A DNA stretch of 40,791 nt from Candidatus Woesearchaeota archaeon (GCA_026394965.1 JAPLZQ010000095.1:1-40791); one strand, 5' to 3'. Positions 9,014 to 18,883 are shown, numbered from the stretch's first letter. Numbers and translations: made by a program. Notes: generated from the letters alone by a model not told the origin.

Positions 9014-10267
9014 ATGAAAGTATGCGTTCTTGGAATGGGATACATGGGGCTTCCCACCTCCTGCATCATCTCAAATTCCGGGCACAAGGTAATAGGGATT
9101 GACATTGACAAAAAAAGGGTTGAGCTTCTCAACAAGGGAATTCTGCCTTTTGAGGAAAACGGGCTTCCCGAAATATTTGAAAATGCAAGGAAGAACGGCT
9201 TTATCGCAAAGTCAGAAGTTGAGGATGCTGATGTTTTCATAATTGAGGTTCCAACCCCAGTTGGCATTAAGGAAAAGAAGGCGGAGCTGAAATATGTGAA
9301 ATCGGCTGCAGAGATGATTGTTCCATATCTTAAAAAGGGAAATCTTGTGATACTGGAATCAACTGTTCCACCTCTCACATGCAGGAACTTTCTTATCCCA
9401 ATACTTGAGCGCTCGCATCTTTCGGCAGGAGCTGATTTTTCTGTTGCGCACTGCCCTGAGCGGGCTTTTCCGGGGCAGACCCTTTATGAGCTTGTGAATA
9501 ATGACAGGGTTATCGGGGGCATTGATGAGAAATCATGCGCTCTTGCAAAAGAGCTTTACTCCTCTTTTGTCAAGGCAAAAATCTCAACAACAGACACTAC
9601 AACAGCTGAATTTGTAAAGCTTTCTGAGAACACATTCAGGGACATAAACATTGCCCTTGCTAATGAATTCGCGCTGATATGCGAGCAGATAGGAGTGGAT
9701 TCCCATGAGGCAATAGCGCTTGCAAACAGGCATCCCCGAGTTAAGATATTGTCTCCAGGCCCGGGTGTTGGTGGGCACTGCATCGCAGTTGACCCCTGGT
9801 TCATGACTGAGGTTACTGACAGGGCAAAAATAATCCCCCTTGCGAGGAAGATAAATGACAGGATGCCTTCTCATGTTGTTGAACTTGCAGAGAAGATGCT
9901 TTCAGGAATTGAAAATCCAGTTGTTTCAGTGCTGGGAGTTTCATACAAGGCAGATGTGGATGACACAAGGGAAAGCCCTGCAATAGGAGTGATAAAGCTT
10001 GCAAAGAGGAAGGGATGGAAGGTAAAGATTCATGACCCGATTGCAAAGCGGTTTGAATACAGGATGACTGACCTTGAAAGCGCACTTTCTGGCTCTGACT
10101 GCGCAATCATTGTTGCAAACCACAAGGAATTCCTTGACATTGACTTTTCAAAATTCGGAATGAGGAATAAGAACATCCTTGACACAAGAAACTTCCTTAA
10201 CCATGAAAAGCTCAGAAAGGAAGGGTTTAAGGTTTTTGTCCTCGGAAACGGAAAGAGCATAGCATAA
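9014..10267 (+). CDS. wecC: UDP-N-acetyl-D-mannosamine dehydrogenase-like nucleotide-sugar dehydrogenase
   Basis: VLGMGYMGLP Rossmann motif, CPERAFPG, GPGVGGHCIAVDPWF. It is adjacent to wecB. A strong SD (AAGGGTGAT) sits 4 nt before the ATG. Confidence 0.85.
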   Translation: MKVCVLGMGYMGLPTSCIISNSGHKVIGIDIDKKRVELLNKGILPFEENGLPEIFENARKNGFIAKSEVEDADVFIIEVPTPVGIKEKKAELKYVKSAAEMIVPYLKKGNLVILESTVPPLTCRNFLIPILERSHLSAGADFSVAHCPERAFPGQTLYELVNNDRVIGGIDEKSCALAKELYSSFVKAKISTTDTTTAEFVKLSENTFRDINIALANEFALICEQIGVDSHEAIALANRHPRVKILSPGPGVGGHCIAVDPWFMTEVTDRAKIIPLARKINDRMPSHVVELAEKMLSGIENPVVSVLGVSYKADVDDTRESPAIGVIKLAKRKGWKVKIHDPIAKRFEYRMTDLESALSGSDCAIIVANHKEFLDIDFSKFGMRNKNILDTRNFLNHEKLRKEGFKVFVLGNGKSIA

Positions 10268-10326
10268 AAGCATGACATATTAACATATGAATTGAGCAGC
10301 AGGAAATAGTATGAAGGAATAAAAAA

Positions 10327-11400
10327 ATGAAAATATGTATCCTTGTAGGAACGCGCCCTGAAATAATAAAGATGGCGCCGGTAATAAGGGAGTGCGAAAG
10401 AAGGAAGCTTGACTTCTTTATTGTCCATTCAGGGCAGCACTATTCCTACAATATGGACAAAATTTTCTTTGAGGAGCTGAAGCTTCCTGAGCCGAAATAC
10501 AACCTTGAGGTTGGCTCAGGCGCCCACTACGCCCAGACAGCGCTGATTCTTGAGAGGATTGGAGAGGTTTTTTCAAAAGAAAAGCCGGATGTTCTTATTG
10601 TCCAAGGCGATACAAACACTGTTTTTGCAGGAGCAATAACAGCGTCCAAGATGGGAATAAGGGTTGCCCATGTGGAAGCAGGATTAAGGAGCTATGACAG
10701 AAGCATGCCTGAGGAAATCAACAGAATTCTAACTGACCACTGCTCTGACCTGCTCTTTGCCCCTACAAAGCTCCAGAGGAAAATCCTGATAAAAGAAGGG
10801 ATTCCGAAAGAAAGGATATTTGTAACCGGAAACACAATAGTTGATTCAGTGCGTGAGAATATAAAATTCAGCGATGGAAAAATCCTTGAAAAGTTCGGGC
10901 TGAAAAAGGGAAATTATTTCCTGATTACAGCTCACAGGCAGGAGAATGTTGAAGACAAAACGCGCCTTGAAGGCATTCTTAATGGGATAAAAATGCTTTA
11001 TGACAAGTTCGGGCTTCAGATAATCTATCCGCTCCATCCAAGGACAAAAAAGAAGATTGAGGAATTCAATCTTTCCATTCCAAAGGAAATAATAATTGCA
11101 GAGCCCCTGGGCTTCCTTGAATTCCTGAGGCTTGAATCTGATTCCGCCTTAATCCTAACTGATTCAGGCGGATTGCAGGAAGAGGCATGCATCCTTAAAG
11201 TTCCCTGCGTTACTTTGAGAGACAATACCGAGCGCCCTGAGACAATAGAAGCAGGCGCAAACATGCTTTCAGGAATAAATCCTGAAAAGATAGTTGAATG
11301 CGCAGGAAAGATGCTCGCAGCCAGGCGCGACTGGAAGAACCCTCTTGGAAAAGGGAAGAGCGCAAGGAAAATAATTGATGCAATTCTTGACTGCAAATAA
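10327..11400 (+). CDS. wecB: UDP-N-acetylglucosamine 2-epimerase (non-hydrolysing)
   Basis: GTRPEIIKMAPV, HSGQHY, QGDTNTVFAGA and HVEAGLRSYDRSMPEEINR are the canonical WecB blocks. Confidence 0.95.
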   Translation: MKICILVGTRPEIIKMAPVIRECERRKLDFFIVHSGQHYSYNMDKIFFEELKLPEPKYNLEVGSGAHYAQTALILERIGEVFSKEKPDVLIVQGDTNTVFAGAITASKMGIRVAHVEAGLRSYDRSMPEEINRILTDHCSDLLFAPTKLQRKILIKEGIPKERIFVTGNTIVDSVRENIKFSDGKILEKFGLKKGNYFLITAHRQENVEDKTRLEGILNGIKMLYDKFGLQIIYPLHPRTKKKIEEFNLSIPKEIIIAEPLGFLEFLRLESDSALILTDSGGLQEEACILKVPCVTLRDNTERPETIEAGANMLSGINPEKIVECAGKMLAARRDWKNPLGKGKSARKIIDAILDCK

Positions 11401-11542
11401 TCATATCCTGCTGCGAACAATATGTTATTCCTGACTGTTTATTCCCTGATTTTTTCTGGAAAATTCATTAAATGCAGGTTATTCCCTCTTTAAAGCGGGA
11501 TTTTAGCAAATTATTTAAACATATTTCGCATTTTTTGCCTTT

Positions 11543-12490
11543 ATGATAACAGTAATAACCCCCATGTTCAATGAGGAAGAGTGCATTAGCGCAAATATAA
11601 GGAAGCTTTCAGCAGCAATAGATGGAATTGGAGAGGATTGGGAATTAATTATTGTTGATGATGGCAGCACAGACAAATCTCTTGAGTATGCAAAATCCGC
11701 AATGAAGGAAAAGAAGAACATAAGGATTCTCTCATACAAGCCGAATCGAGGGCGGGGATACGCGTTAAGGCAGGGATTCTCCCATGCAAAGGGCGACATA
11801 ATAATCACCACAGAGTCAGACCTGAGCTGGGGCGCTGACATTGTTAGGAAGCTTTTTTATGCAATCAATAAATCAAATTATGACATTGTGATTGCAAGCC
11901 CCCACAAGAAAGGCGGCGGGTTTGTCAATGTCCCGTTTTTCAGGGTTCTCCTTACAACAGTTGGGAATAAGATTCTCGGGCGCGCATTTCCAGGAAACTT
12001 AACCATGCTTAGCGGGATGACAAGGGCATACAAGAGGGAAGTTATTGATTCATTGGAGCTTATTTCAGACGGCAAGGAGATTCACCCAGAGATAATCTCA
12101 AAGGCATATGCTTTAGGATTCAGGGCAACCGAGATTCCCGCGATTCTTAAGTGGACCGGAAAAAGAACAGGGAGAAGGTCAACATTTGATGCAAAGAAGC
12201 TCATGTTTTCCCATCTCATGCTGGGCTTCAATGAAGGCCCGCTGATTATTCTCGGCTCAATCGGGATGTCCTTTATGCTGATAGGGATAATTGCAGCATT
12301 TTACTCATTCCACCTCTGGCTTACAGAGTCCCTTTCAAACCACATTCCAATTGTGATGTTCACTCTTATAATGCTCAGCCTGGGGGTGCAGACTCTTGTT
12401 TTCTCATTCCTTGCATACCAGAACAGGGAGCTGAGAAACGAGATTTTCAGAATGGAAGGTAATCTCCTGAAGATTAGAAAGGGCAAGTGA
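11543..12490 (+). CDS. GT2 glycosyltransferase, dolichyl-phosphate hexose synthase-like, with C-terminal TM helices
   Basis: ITPMFNEEE, LIIVDDGSTDKS, TTESDLS, plus two C-terminal hydrophobic helices. This is the DPM1/AglD/AglJ-like layout. Confidence 0.85.
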   Translation: MITVITPMFNEEECISANIRKLSAAIDGIGEDWELIIVDDGSTDKSLEYAKSAMKEKKNIRILSYKPNRGRGYALRQGFSHAKGDIIITTESDLSWGADIVRKLFYAINKSNYDIVIASPHKKGGGFVNVPFFRVLLTTVGNKILGRAFPGNLTMLSGMTRAYKREVIDSLELISDGKEIHPEIISKAYALGFRATEIPAILKWTGKRTGRRSTFDAKKLMFSHLMLGFNEGPLIILGSIGMSFMLIGIIAAFYSFHLWLTESLSNHIPIVMFTLIMLSLGVQTLVFSFLAYQNRELRNEIFRMEGNLLKIRKGK

Positions 12491-12540
12491 TTAATTGATT
12501 ATTTAAGAAATTATAATTTTTTTATTATCTCTCTGTCTTT

Positions 12541-13458
12541 TTATTTCTCAGCGAGTATTACAAAGAATCCCGCGATTCCCGGAATTATCAGGCTTACAAT
12601 TGTGTTTGTAAGTGAGATTGCAACAGCAGCCTCAAATCCTATTCCTATGAGCCCGAAAAGGTATGCAACCATTGCTTCTGTTGAGCCGATTCCGTTAAGC
12701 GTAAGCGGGAAAAGCCGTGCAAGCATGAAAAGAGAGGAAACTGCAAGGAGGTAAAAAAAGCTGACATCTGCCGAATATGCAATGCATATCAGGTAAAGCT
12801 GAGAGTATGTTACAATCCACCCGGCAATTGAAAGCAGAATTGTTCTTAATTTCAGCCCTGAATCAAGGGTGAATGTTTTAACAAGCTTTTTTTCATCCAG
12901 CTTATTCCTCTTTAATGCTGCCAGAAATTTATTCAAAATCTTCCATGGGAGAATCCTTGGGAAAAAAACAACTGCGCTGCACATCAAGAGGCAGAATAGT
13001 GATATAAGAAAAAAGCTTGTCATCCTGAAAATAAGAGAAGAGATTCCTGATATTATGAAAAGGGAGAGAAGCGCTATTATCTTGTCCACAATGCTTGCGG
13101 AAATCATCTCCTCTTTTATCCTATGCCTTTTGTATCCGTAATAAGCCTTTGCAAAGTCGCCTGTGCTTGCAGGCATAAAGATATTCAGGGCAGAGCCTAT
13201 CAGGGCAAGTTTGAATGAGTCGTTTGTGGATATTGAGAAGCCCTCCTTGTTGATTATTAATTTGAACCTTATTGCGCGAAGGAGCATTCCCGGATAGATG
13301 AGGGCAGCTGACAAGAGAAAAAGCCAGATGTTCATTCCTTTTATGCTTTCTGAAAGAGCCTTAAAGTCCGCAATCCTAAAGAGGAAGAATATTATGAGAG
13401 CAGATACTGCAATCTTTACTGCTATTGAAAACCACGAATTTTTTCCTCTCTTTTTCAC
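12541..13458 (-). CDS. flippase-like membrane protein (UPF0104 / LPG-synthase TM domain family)
   Basis: 305 aa with about 8 TM helices. The N-terminal pattern KIAVSALIIFFLFRIADFKAL...RAIRFKLI is typical of this family, which is commonly co-encoded with GT2 genes. Confidence 0.7.
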   Translation of the reverse strand: MKKRGKNSWFSIAVKIAVSALIIFFLFRIADFKALSESIKGMNIWLFLLSAALIYPGMLLRAIRFKLIINKEGFSISTNDSFKLALIGSALNIFMPASTGDFAKAYYGYKRHRIKEEMISASIVDKIIALLSLFIISGISSLIFRMTSFFLISLFCLLMCSAVVFFPRILPWKILNKFLAALKRNKLDEKKLVKTFTLDSGLKLRTILLSIAGWIVTYSQLYLICIAYSADVSFFYLLAVSSLFMLARLFPLTLNGIGSTEAMVAYLFGLIGIGFEAAVAISLTNTIVSLIIPGIAGFFVILAEK

Positions 13459-13499
13459 AATATTCCCTCTAAAAAATCATTTCTAAAAAGTATTAATGA

Positions 13500-13850
13500 C
13501 TATTTCTTTTTTCCTTTGCCTTCATCAATTTTTTCAAGCGCAAGCTTTCTTATTATCCTTGTTATGTCCTGCTCAATTTTCTCCATCTTGACATAAATTC
13601 GAAATACCATGTACAAAAGAAGGACAACGCTCACATAAACTACAAGGTCAGAGCCCCTTGAGATTCCCAGGAATTCAGATGCCATGAAAGTCAGCTTCTG
13701 GAAAAAAACAGCTATCCCAATTCCCGCCCATATGAGAGTCCAAAGCAGAAGCTGCTTGACATTTATCTTTTTCTCCCTAAATCTCAGAAGCGCCCTTGTC
13801 CACGCAAAAAGAATGAAAACAAAAGCAGCTATTTTCAGGAAATGCATCAT
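13500..13850 (-). CDS. DUF2304-like small membrane protein
   Basis: 116 aa with 3 TM helices and a charged C-terminal helix. It lies directly downstream of a soluble GT2, which is the usual DUF2304 context as I recall it. Confidence 0.6.
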   Translation of the reverse strand: MMHFLKIAAFVFILFAWTRALLRFREKKINVKQLLLWTLIWAGIGIAVFFQKLTFMASEFLGISRGSDLVVYVSVVLLLYMVFRIYVKMEKIEQDITRIIRKLALEKIDEGKGKKK

Positions 13851-13885
13851 TTTATCACCCTCCTACAAAATCTCTTGCTAAATTA

Positions 13886-14596
13886 TTATCTCATCCACCA
13901 GTTTATGAAAAGCTTCATCATTATGCGGAAGCCGTTTATTGTGCTCTGCCCCTTTCGCAGGGAGTATTCGCTGTATATTGCTTTTATCGGAACCTCTTTC
14001 AGCCTAAGCTTCTTGTCCCCAATCTCCCGGATTATTTCTGAACTTACTTCCATTGCATTTGTCCTTATATCCATTTTCTCTGCAGCATTTTTTGAGAATG
14101 CCCTTAGCCCTGACTGCGAGTCTGTCACAAACACCCCGAAAAGCAGGTATGTGAAAAAATTAAGCCCCCAGTTTCCAACTCTTCTTACAAATGGCATGCC
14201 TTTTGAATTAACAAGCCTTGAGCCTATTGCAACATCAGCCTCTCCCCTTCTTATCGGAGCAGCCACTTTTTTTATGTCAGAAACATCATGCTGTCCGTCT
14301 GAGTCAAATGTAACTATGATTTCAGCGCCCATCTTAAGAGCAGCTGAAATCCCTGTTCCGAGAGCGCCCCCCAATCCGCGGTTTATGAAATGCCGGATGA
14401 GGATAACTCCCTCTTTTTCGGCAATGGCGGAAGTTTTATCCCTGCTTCCGTCATCAACAACAATTATATTGTTGTATCCGGAATGCTTAAGGCTCCTAAT
14501 CACGCCGGCTATTGCCTTTTCCTCATTATAAGCAGGCATGACTATGAAAAGCCTTTTTCCCTTCCTTCCTTTCCCGCTGATTTTTTTCTCTGGCAT
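13886..14596 (-). CDS. GT2 glycosyltransferase (Dol-P-sugar synthase-like, soluble)
   Basis: VMPAYNEEKAI, IIVVDDGSRDKT, FDSDGQHD. The listed ORF runs to 14710 and overlaps aglB. I trimmed it to the ATG at 14596 (MPEKK...), which leaves 34 nt after the aglB stop. Confidence 0.85.
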   Translation of the reverse strand: MPEKKISGKGRKGKRLFIVMPAYNEEKAIAGVIRSLKHSGYNNIIVVDDGSRDKTSAIAEKEGVILIRHFINRGLGGALGTGISAALKMGAEIIVTFDSDGQHDVSDIKKVAAPIRRGEADVAIGSRLVNSKGMPFVRRVGNWGLNFFTYLLFGVFVTDSQSGLRAFSKNAAEKMDIRTNAMEVSSEIIREIGDKKLRLKEVPIKAIYSEYSLRKGQSTINGFRIMMKLFINWWMR

Positions 14597-14630
14597 TTTG
14601 GTCTTATCTGTTTCTTCGCCGAATAATTCC

Positions 14631-17480
14631 CTACTTTTTTCCGTCCCAAAGAACCTTCCAGGTGTAGATGTCCTCTCCGGTAAGCTCTTTCTGCTGGTCA
14701 AAAAGCTCAAAATGCGAAAGCCCTGCGCCGTTAAGGAAGAACAGCCGTGTGAAAATGCTCTTTGAAAGTTCCGGAGATGAGACTGTTGTGCTGTAGCCGT
14801 TGTTTGAAGAGAGCACTATTGAGTATGGGAAATCCGGATTTTCATAATGTTTCTCATCCACATCCCCTGTGCTTGTCACATACACAAACGAGTGGGGCAG
14901 AAGCCTTCCCTGCGGAACCTCTATTCCTGCATCCCTTGTTGTCAGGTTTATCACAATGCTTATTGTCTGCCCCTGAATGTTGTTCAGGCAGGTTATTGTT
15001 AAGTTGTCAGAGCTGCAGCTTCCCCCTATTGATATGTAAGCTGGCCAGGGTGAAATCCAGTTTTCATCATCCCTGCTTGTTGAAAGCGACTGAACATCAT
15101 ATACTGCCCTCTCAATCTGCTCATCTGAGTAGTTGAACTCCTCTTTCATGAATTTCTTGGCTTCCTCAACTTTTGAATTTTTTATGCTCAAAAGTATCTT
15201 TGCCTTTTCAAAATCCCATAGCCCGAAATGAGCCCACACCCCTGATTTTCCAATCATGTCTCCGCTTGTGATAAGGTAATCCTCAGGCGGGTTGCAGTGC
15301 GTCTCTTTAAGGACTCTTTCAGCATCCTCTTTTGTTATGTGCTTTAGAAGTTCTTTTTCTGCGCTGCTTCTGTCCATCATTATTATGCTTCTCAGCAGCT
15401 TGACTGACTTTTCAGTGTCATTCAGTGTGCTGTCTACTATGTCAAATGAGTCTGTGGCGCCGCAGTCAAGCATTCTGAGGACTGCAATTGCCTCATCCTC
15501 ATTTTCTGTTGCAAGTATCCTTCCAAGCCAGTATGCCTGGGGCCTGTTCTGAGTTGCCCCATCTGCTGATACAGCCCTGTCTCCGACATATTTGAACCAG
15601 TGCCCGAAATCCCACCATGAGTTTATTATTGCATCCTGGGATGAATTGTTCTTTATTTTTGTGAGAGCATCATACCATGCATCATTCATATTTGGAATGT
15701 ATCCCCTTCCTGACTCATATCCTGCTTTAATTGGGTTTATCAGCATAACCATGAAAAGCAAAAAGATTATTGCTCCGGCAATTCCCTTTTCAATTTTGAA
15801 TTCCTTTGAGGCAAAATCATTGAGCCACTTGTGGAAGCTTCCAATTGCTATTCCCACTGCAACTGCAAATGCAGGAACAAGGAGCATGCTGAACCTGCTT
15901 CCGGTAAGTGTTGCATAATATGTTCCAAAAAACCATATTATGAGAAGGATTCCTATCTTTATGTCAAAATGCCCGTGGGAATCTTTCTTGAAAAATGCGA
16001 TTATTATCCCTAAAATTGAAAGCACAAAAAACAGCCACCCTCCGACTATTGTGAGTATAGTGTCAAATGTCCCCGGATTCATTTCTGCAACAGTAAGATA
16101 AATGTTCGGCCAGAGAGCTTCATGAACAACTTCTTTTATCAGCAGGAAATTCAGCGGCTCAATTGGCGCCATGTAAAATGTTGAAAATCCAGAGAATATG
16201 CTTACAAACACGCATGAGGATAGTATAAGAGCAGCAGTCATAAAAATTGCATTCTTAAACGACTTGCTTCTGATTGCCTTTCCAATGCTTTTTTCCCTTT
16301 TGTAATTTGCAAAGACAAGGTATGCAAGGTATATTCCCATCGCGCCCATCACAAAGTCAAATATGTACCACCAGCCAGGCCAGGCAACGCTGAAAATCCC
16401 CATGAAAAGCCCGGTGAGCCCCATAAAAGCGAACCTTGCCTTGTTGTTCTTGGCTTCAAATCCCTCAATGATGCTCCACACTATAAGAATTGGGAAAACA
16501 ACATTGTATACATCTGTGTCAGAGCCAATTGTCCTTGTGATGAACATTGGGTTTACTGAAACCAGGACTGAAGTTATTACCGCGCCTGTGTTTCCGGCAA
16601 GCTTCTTCCCTATGAAGAATGCTGCAACTGCGCCTATTAATGCAAAAACGAGAGGAGTATAGAAAGACGCCTGCATTGTAGTCATGTTCCTGTTGAATGC
16701 CTTAAGCACACGATAAAGCCAGGCAATTGAATATGGATGAAGTGAAAAATAAACCGGAGCGCCCAGCGGAGCAGTCATGTGGTTGTCCCATTCAATTGTG
16801 TCATTCACAAGAATGTCGCCCTGCCTCCCGTATTTTACAATATTATCCGCATATCTCAGGAAGAAGTATGAGTCCAAATCCCCAAGGTAAGTATAGCTCT
16901 TTCCGTTAACATCATACTGGAGCTTTGCCTTGAAAAAATTGGCTGTCTCCTTAACCTGCCCTGAAATCACGCTTCCCTGCGTTTTCAAAAGCTCGCTGAA
17001 CTGCTTCTCAACCAGGAGCTGTCTGTTCTCCTCAGGAAGGTTCGGGTAAAGCGAGTTAACCTGCGCAGATATCGTGTTCCGGTAATATCCGTAAACGCTG
17101 CTCTCTGCCCAGTCATTTGTAATTGAAAGCACATTTGGCTGTATCCTTATGAAAATAGTAAGAATTATGGGTATCAAAAGCAGGAGATAGGAAATCTTTT
17201 CATTTTTAAGAAATTTGAATGCGCCCTTCCGGCTGAAATTTTCCTCATTTTCCTGCTCTTCATTTCCTGGTTTTTTTGCCCTGAAATTCCAGTTTTTCCT
17301 TTTGGCTTTTTCCGGGCGCGCTTTTGCCTCTTCTTCAGATTTTCCTCTTCTGAATGCTTTTCTCAGGTCAAATGAGAACTCATCATCTTTTGGGCTCTCT
17401 TCTTTTGTTTTTTCAGATTCAGTTTTATTCTCAATTATTTCTGCATCTATGGCATCATTTTTTCCAGCATTATCTTCCAT
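14631..17480 (-). CDS. aglB: archaeal oligosaccharyltransferase AglB (STT3 family)
   Basis: WWDFGHW (the WWDYG motif). GDLDSYFFLRY is a DxD-type first-loop motif. There are 13 or so TM helices and a soluble C-terminal domain. Confidence 0.9.
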   Translation of the reverse strand: MEDNAGKNDAIDAEIIENKTESEKTKEESPKDDEFSFDLRKAFRRGKSEEEAKARPEKAKRKNWNFRAKKPGNEEQENEENFSRKGAFKFLKNEKISYLLLLIPIILTIFIRIQPNVLSITNDWAESSVYGYYRNTISAQVNSLYPNLPEENRQLLVEKQFSELLKTQGSVISGQVKETANFFKAKLQYDVNGKSYTYLGDLDSYFFLRYADNIVKYGRQGDILVNDTIEWDNHMTAPLGAPVYFSLHPYSIAWLYRVLKAFNRNMTTMQASFYTPLVFALIGAVAAFFIGKKLAGNTGAVITSVLVSVNPMFITRTIGSDTDVYNVVFPILIVWSIIEGFEAKNNKARFAFMGLTGLFMGIFSVAWPGWWYIFDFVMGAMGIYLAYLVFANYKREKSIGKAIRSKSFKNAIFMTAALILSSCVFVSIFSGFSTFYMAPIEPLNFLLIKEVVHEALWPNIYLTVAEMNPGTFDTILTIVGGWLFFVLSILGIIIAFFKKDSHGHFDIKIGILLIIWFFGTYYATLTGSRFSMLLVPAFAVAVGIAIGSFHKWLNDFASKEFKIEKGIAGAIIFLLFMVMLINPIKAGYESGRGYIPNMNDAWYDALTKIKNNSSQDAIINSWWDFGHWFKYVGDRAVSADGATQNRPQAYWLGRILATENEDEAIAVLRMLDCGATDSFDIVDSTLNDTEKSVKLLRSIIMMDRSSAEKELLKHITKEDAERVLKETHCNPPEDYLITSGDMIGKSGVWAHFGLWDFEKAKILLSIKNSKVEEAKKFMKEEFNYSDEQIERAVYDVQSLSTSRDDENWISPWPAYISIGGSCSSDNLTITCLNNIQGQTISIVINLTTRDAGIEVPQGRLLPHSFVYVTSTGDVDEKHYENPDFPYSIVLSSNNGYSTTVSSPELSKSIFTRLFFLNGAGLSHFELFDQQKELTGEDIYTWKVLWDGKK

Positions 17481-17581
17481 TAAAGCACCCCTCTTAAAAA
17501 TAGTATCCTAAAGTGTTATGCTTCAATTCATGGTTTATTCATTATTTATAAAGATTTTCCTTGCAGGGACAGAATGCGGTT

Positions 17582-18685
17582 TTAGAACGCATTTTTCAGG
17601 AAATAAATCAGGCGCGGCTCTTCAAGGAGGGCGTTTAATCCGAGGGAAAACATCCTGTCCCTGCTTTTTTCCCCAATAAGTTTATTCATCCTTCTGCTTC
17701 CAAGAATCTTTATTATCTCTTCTGTCTCCTGTTCATTGCACCTGTTGAGGATTTTTCTAACAACAAGAGAAGCGTATAAGTCGGGAAAAAGCTCTTTTGC
17801 GCACATGAGGGAATAGCTTTTCTTTTCAAGGATTGAGCGCGAGAGTATTTTCGCTGCCTTAAGCCCGGGAACAATGCCGCCGAAAGTTGTTGCCTTTACC
17901 TGCCTTGCAGAATCGCCCAAAAGGAAAACATTCCCCTTCTGTATTTTCTGGAAAGGGCTGAAAAGGGGTATCAATCCGGCATTCTTTTCAGTGCTTGTTA
18001 AAACTGAATTCCTCCAGGATTTTCCAAACACTCTCCGCAGAAATGCATTAAATTTTATTCCGGAATCGCGCTCAAATGCAACTCCAATCCTTGCTGTTTT
18101 TTCATCCAGGGGGACAATCCACCCTATTCCTTTTTTAAGAAGGAAAAAGTCAATGAAGTTCTCATTTTTGTATTTTGTGACAATCTGCGTTCCAGTTAAA
18201 AAACCGCTTCTCCGGAAAAGCCCGAAAGCGCGTGCAACGCTTGATGAAGGGCCGTCTGCCCCAACCAGCATTTCAGTGTTTATTGCTTTAATTCCTTTTT
18301 TATTCCTTATTTTCATCTCAAGCCCGCTCTTTTCAAATGTCATTCCCTCAAACCTTGAGTTTAAGTGGAATTTGGCGCCTTCTGATTCTGCCTTTTCAGC
18401 AATGCTTCTGTCAAATTTTCTCCTGTCGACAATGATATTCTCATTGACAGAAAGAGATGCATAATTTCCGCTTTCAGAAAAAACCCTTGCCTTGCCTGAC
18501 TTGTTTATTATTGAGTTCTCATCGGGTTTTGCTATCCTGTATATCTCTTCGGAGATTATCCCTGTGCACTGAACTGGGCTGCCTATTCTCTGATGCTCCT
18601 CAAAAACAGAGACCTTCTCCCCTTCCCTTGAGAGAAGGTATGCAAGCTGGCTTCCGCAAGGCCCTGCGCCGATTATGGATATCAT
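17582..18685 (-). CDS. geranylgeranyl reductase family FAD-dependent oxidoreductase
   Basis: N-terminal IIGAGPCGS dinucleotide motif, VGADGPSS, LLGDSARQV. TATA-like AAAGATATAAAAG on the minus strand lies about 25 nt upstream. Confidence 0.85.
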   Translation of the reverse strand: MISIIGAGPCGSQLAYLLSREGEKVSVFEEHQRIGSPVQCTGIISEEIYRIAKPDENSIINKSGKARVFSESGNYASLSVNENIIVDRRKFDRSIAEKAESEGAKFHLNSRFEGMTFEKSGLEMKIRNKKGIKAINTEMLVGADGPSSSVARAFGLFRRSGFLTGTQIVTKYKNENFIDFFLLKKGIGWIVPLDEKTARIGVAFERDSGIKFNAFLRRVFGKSWRNSVLTSTEKNAGLIPLFSPFQKIQKGNVFLLGDSARQVKATTFGGIVPGLKAAKILSRSILEKKSYSLMCAKELFPDLYASLVVRKILNRCNEQETEEIIKILGSRRMNKLIGEKSRDRMFSLGLNALLEEPRLIYFLKNAF

Positions 18686-18794
18686 TTCTTTTCCGGCAAA
18701 CTAATCCCTCTTTTATATCTTTTTGCTTATTCTCCATTTAAATTGCCATTTTTAAATGCTCCTTTTCTGTATTCCCTACCGAATGGTGACAAAA

Positions 18795-18810
18795 CGAAAG
18801 ATTTATATAT
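18795..18810 (+). promoter_or_regulatory. BRE/TATA promoter (CGAAAGATTTATATAT)
   Basis: Purine-rich BRE-like CGAAAG followed by TTTATATA, 75 nt before the ATG at 18884. It is flanked by inverted GTGAC/GTCAC. The core AAGATTTATATAT recurs at 25081 and 28281. Confidence 0.6.
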
Positions 18811-18883
18811 GTCACACTCCTTTTCAGCTAAAATTCAAGTGTATTATATTGTCGTTTAATTATGGTAATGTGGGGGTGTCTTA

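Noticed and set aside
11424-11490. Three copies of (G)TTATTCC(C)T in the wecB / GT2 intergenic region
   Set aside because: The 8-9-nt motifs are imperfect and irregularly spaced, and there is no associated regulator. They could be chance.
13842-14531. 229-aa plus-strand ORF
   Set aside because: It is antisense to the GT2 gene, which carries canonical DDGS / DSDGQHD motifs. Its own translation has no recognisable features.
14597-14710. N-terminal 38 codons of ORF 13886-14710
   Set aside because: This extension overlaps the 3' end of aglB by 80 nt and adds a non-GT2 leader. The internal ATG at 14596 gives a normal GT2 N-terminus.
17874-18741. Plus-strand ORFs 17874-18464 and 18457-18741
   Set aside because: They are antisense to the GGR-family gene, which has a clear FAD-binding motif.
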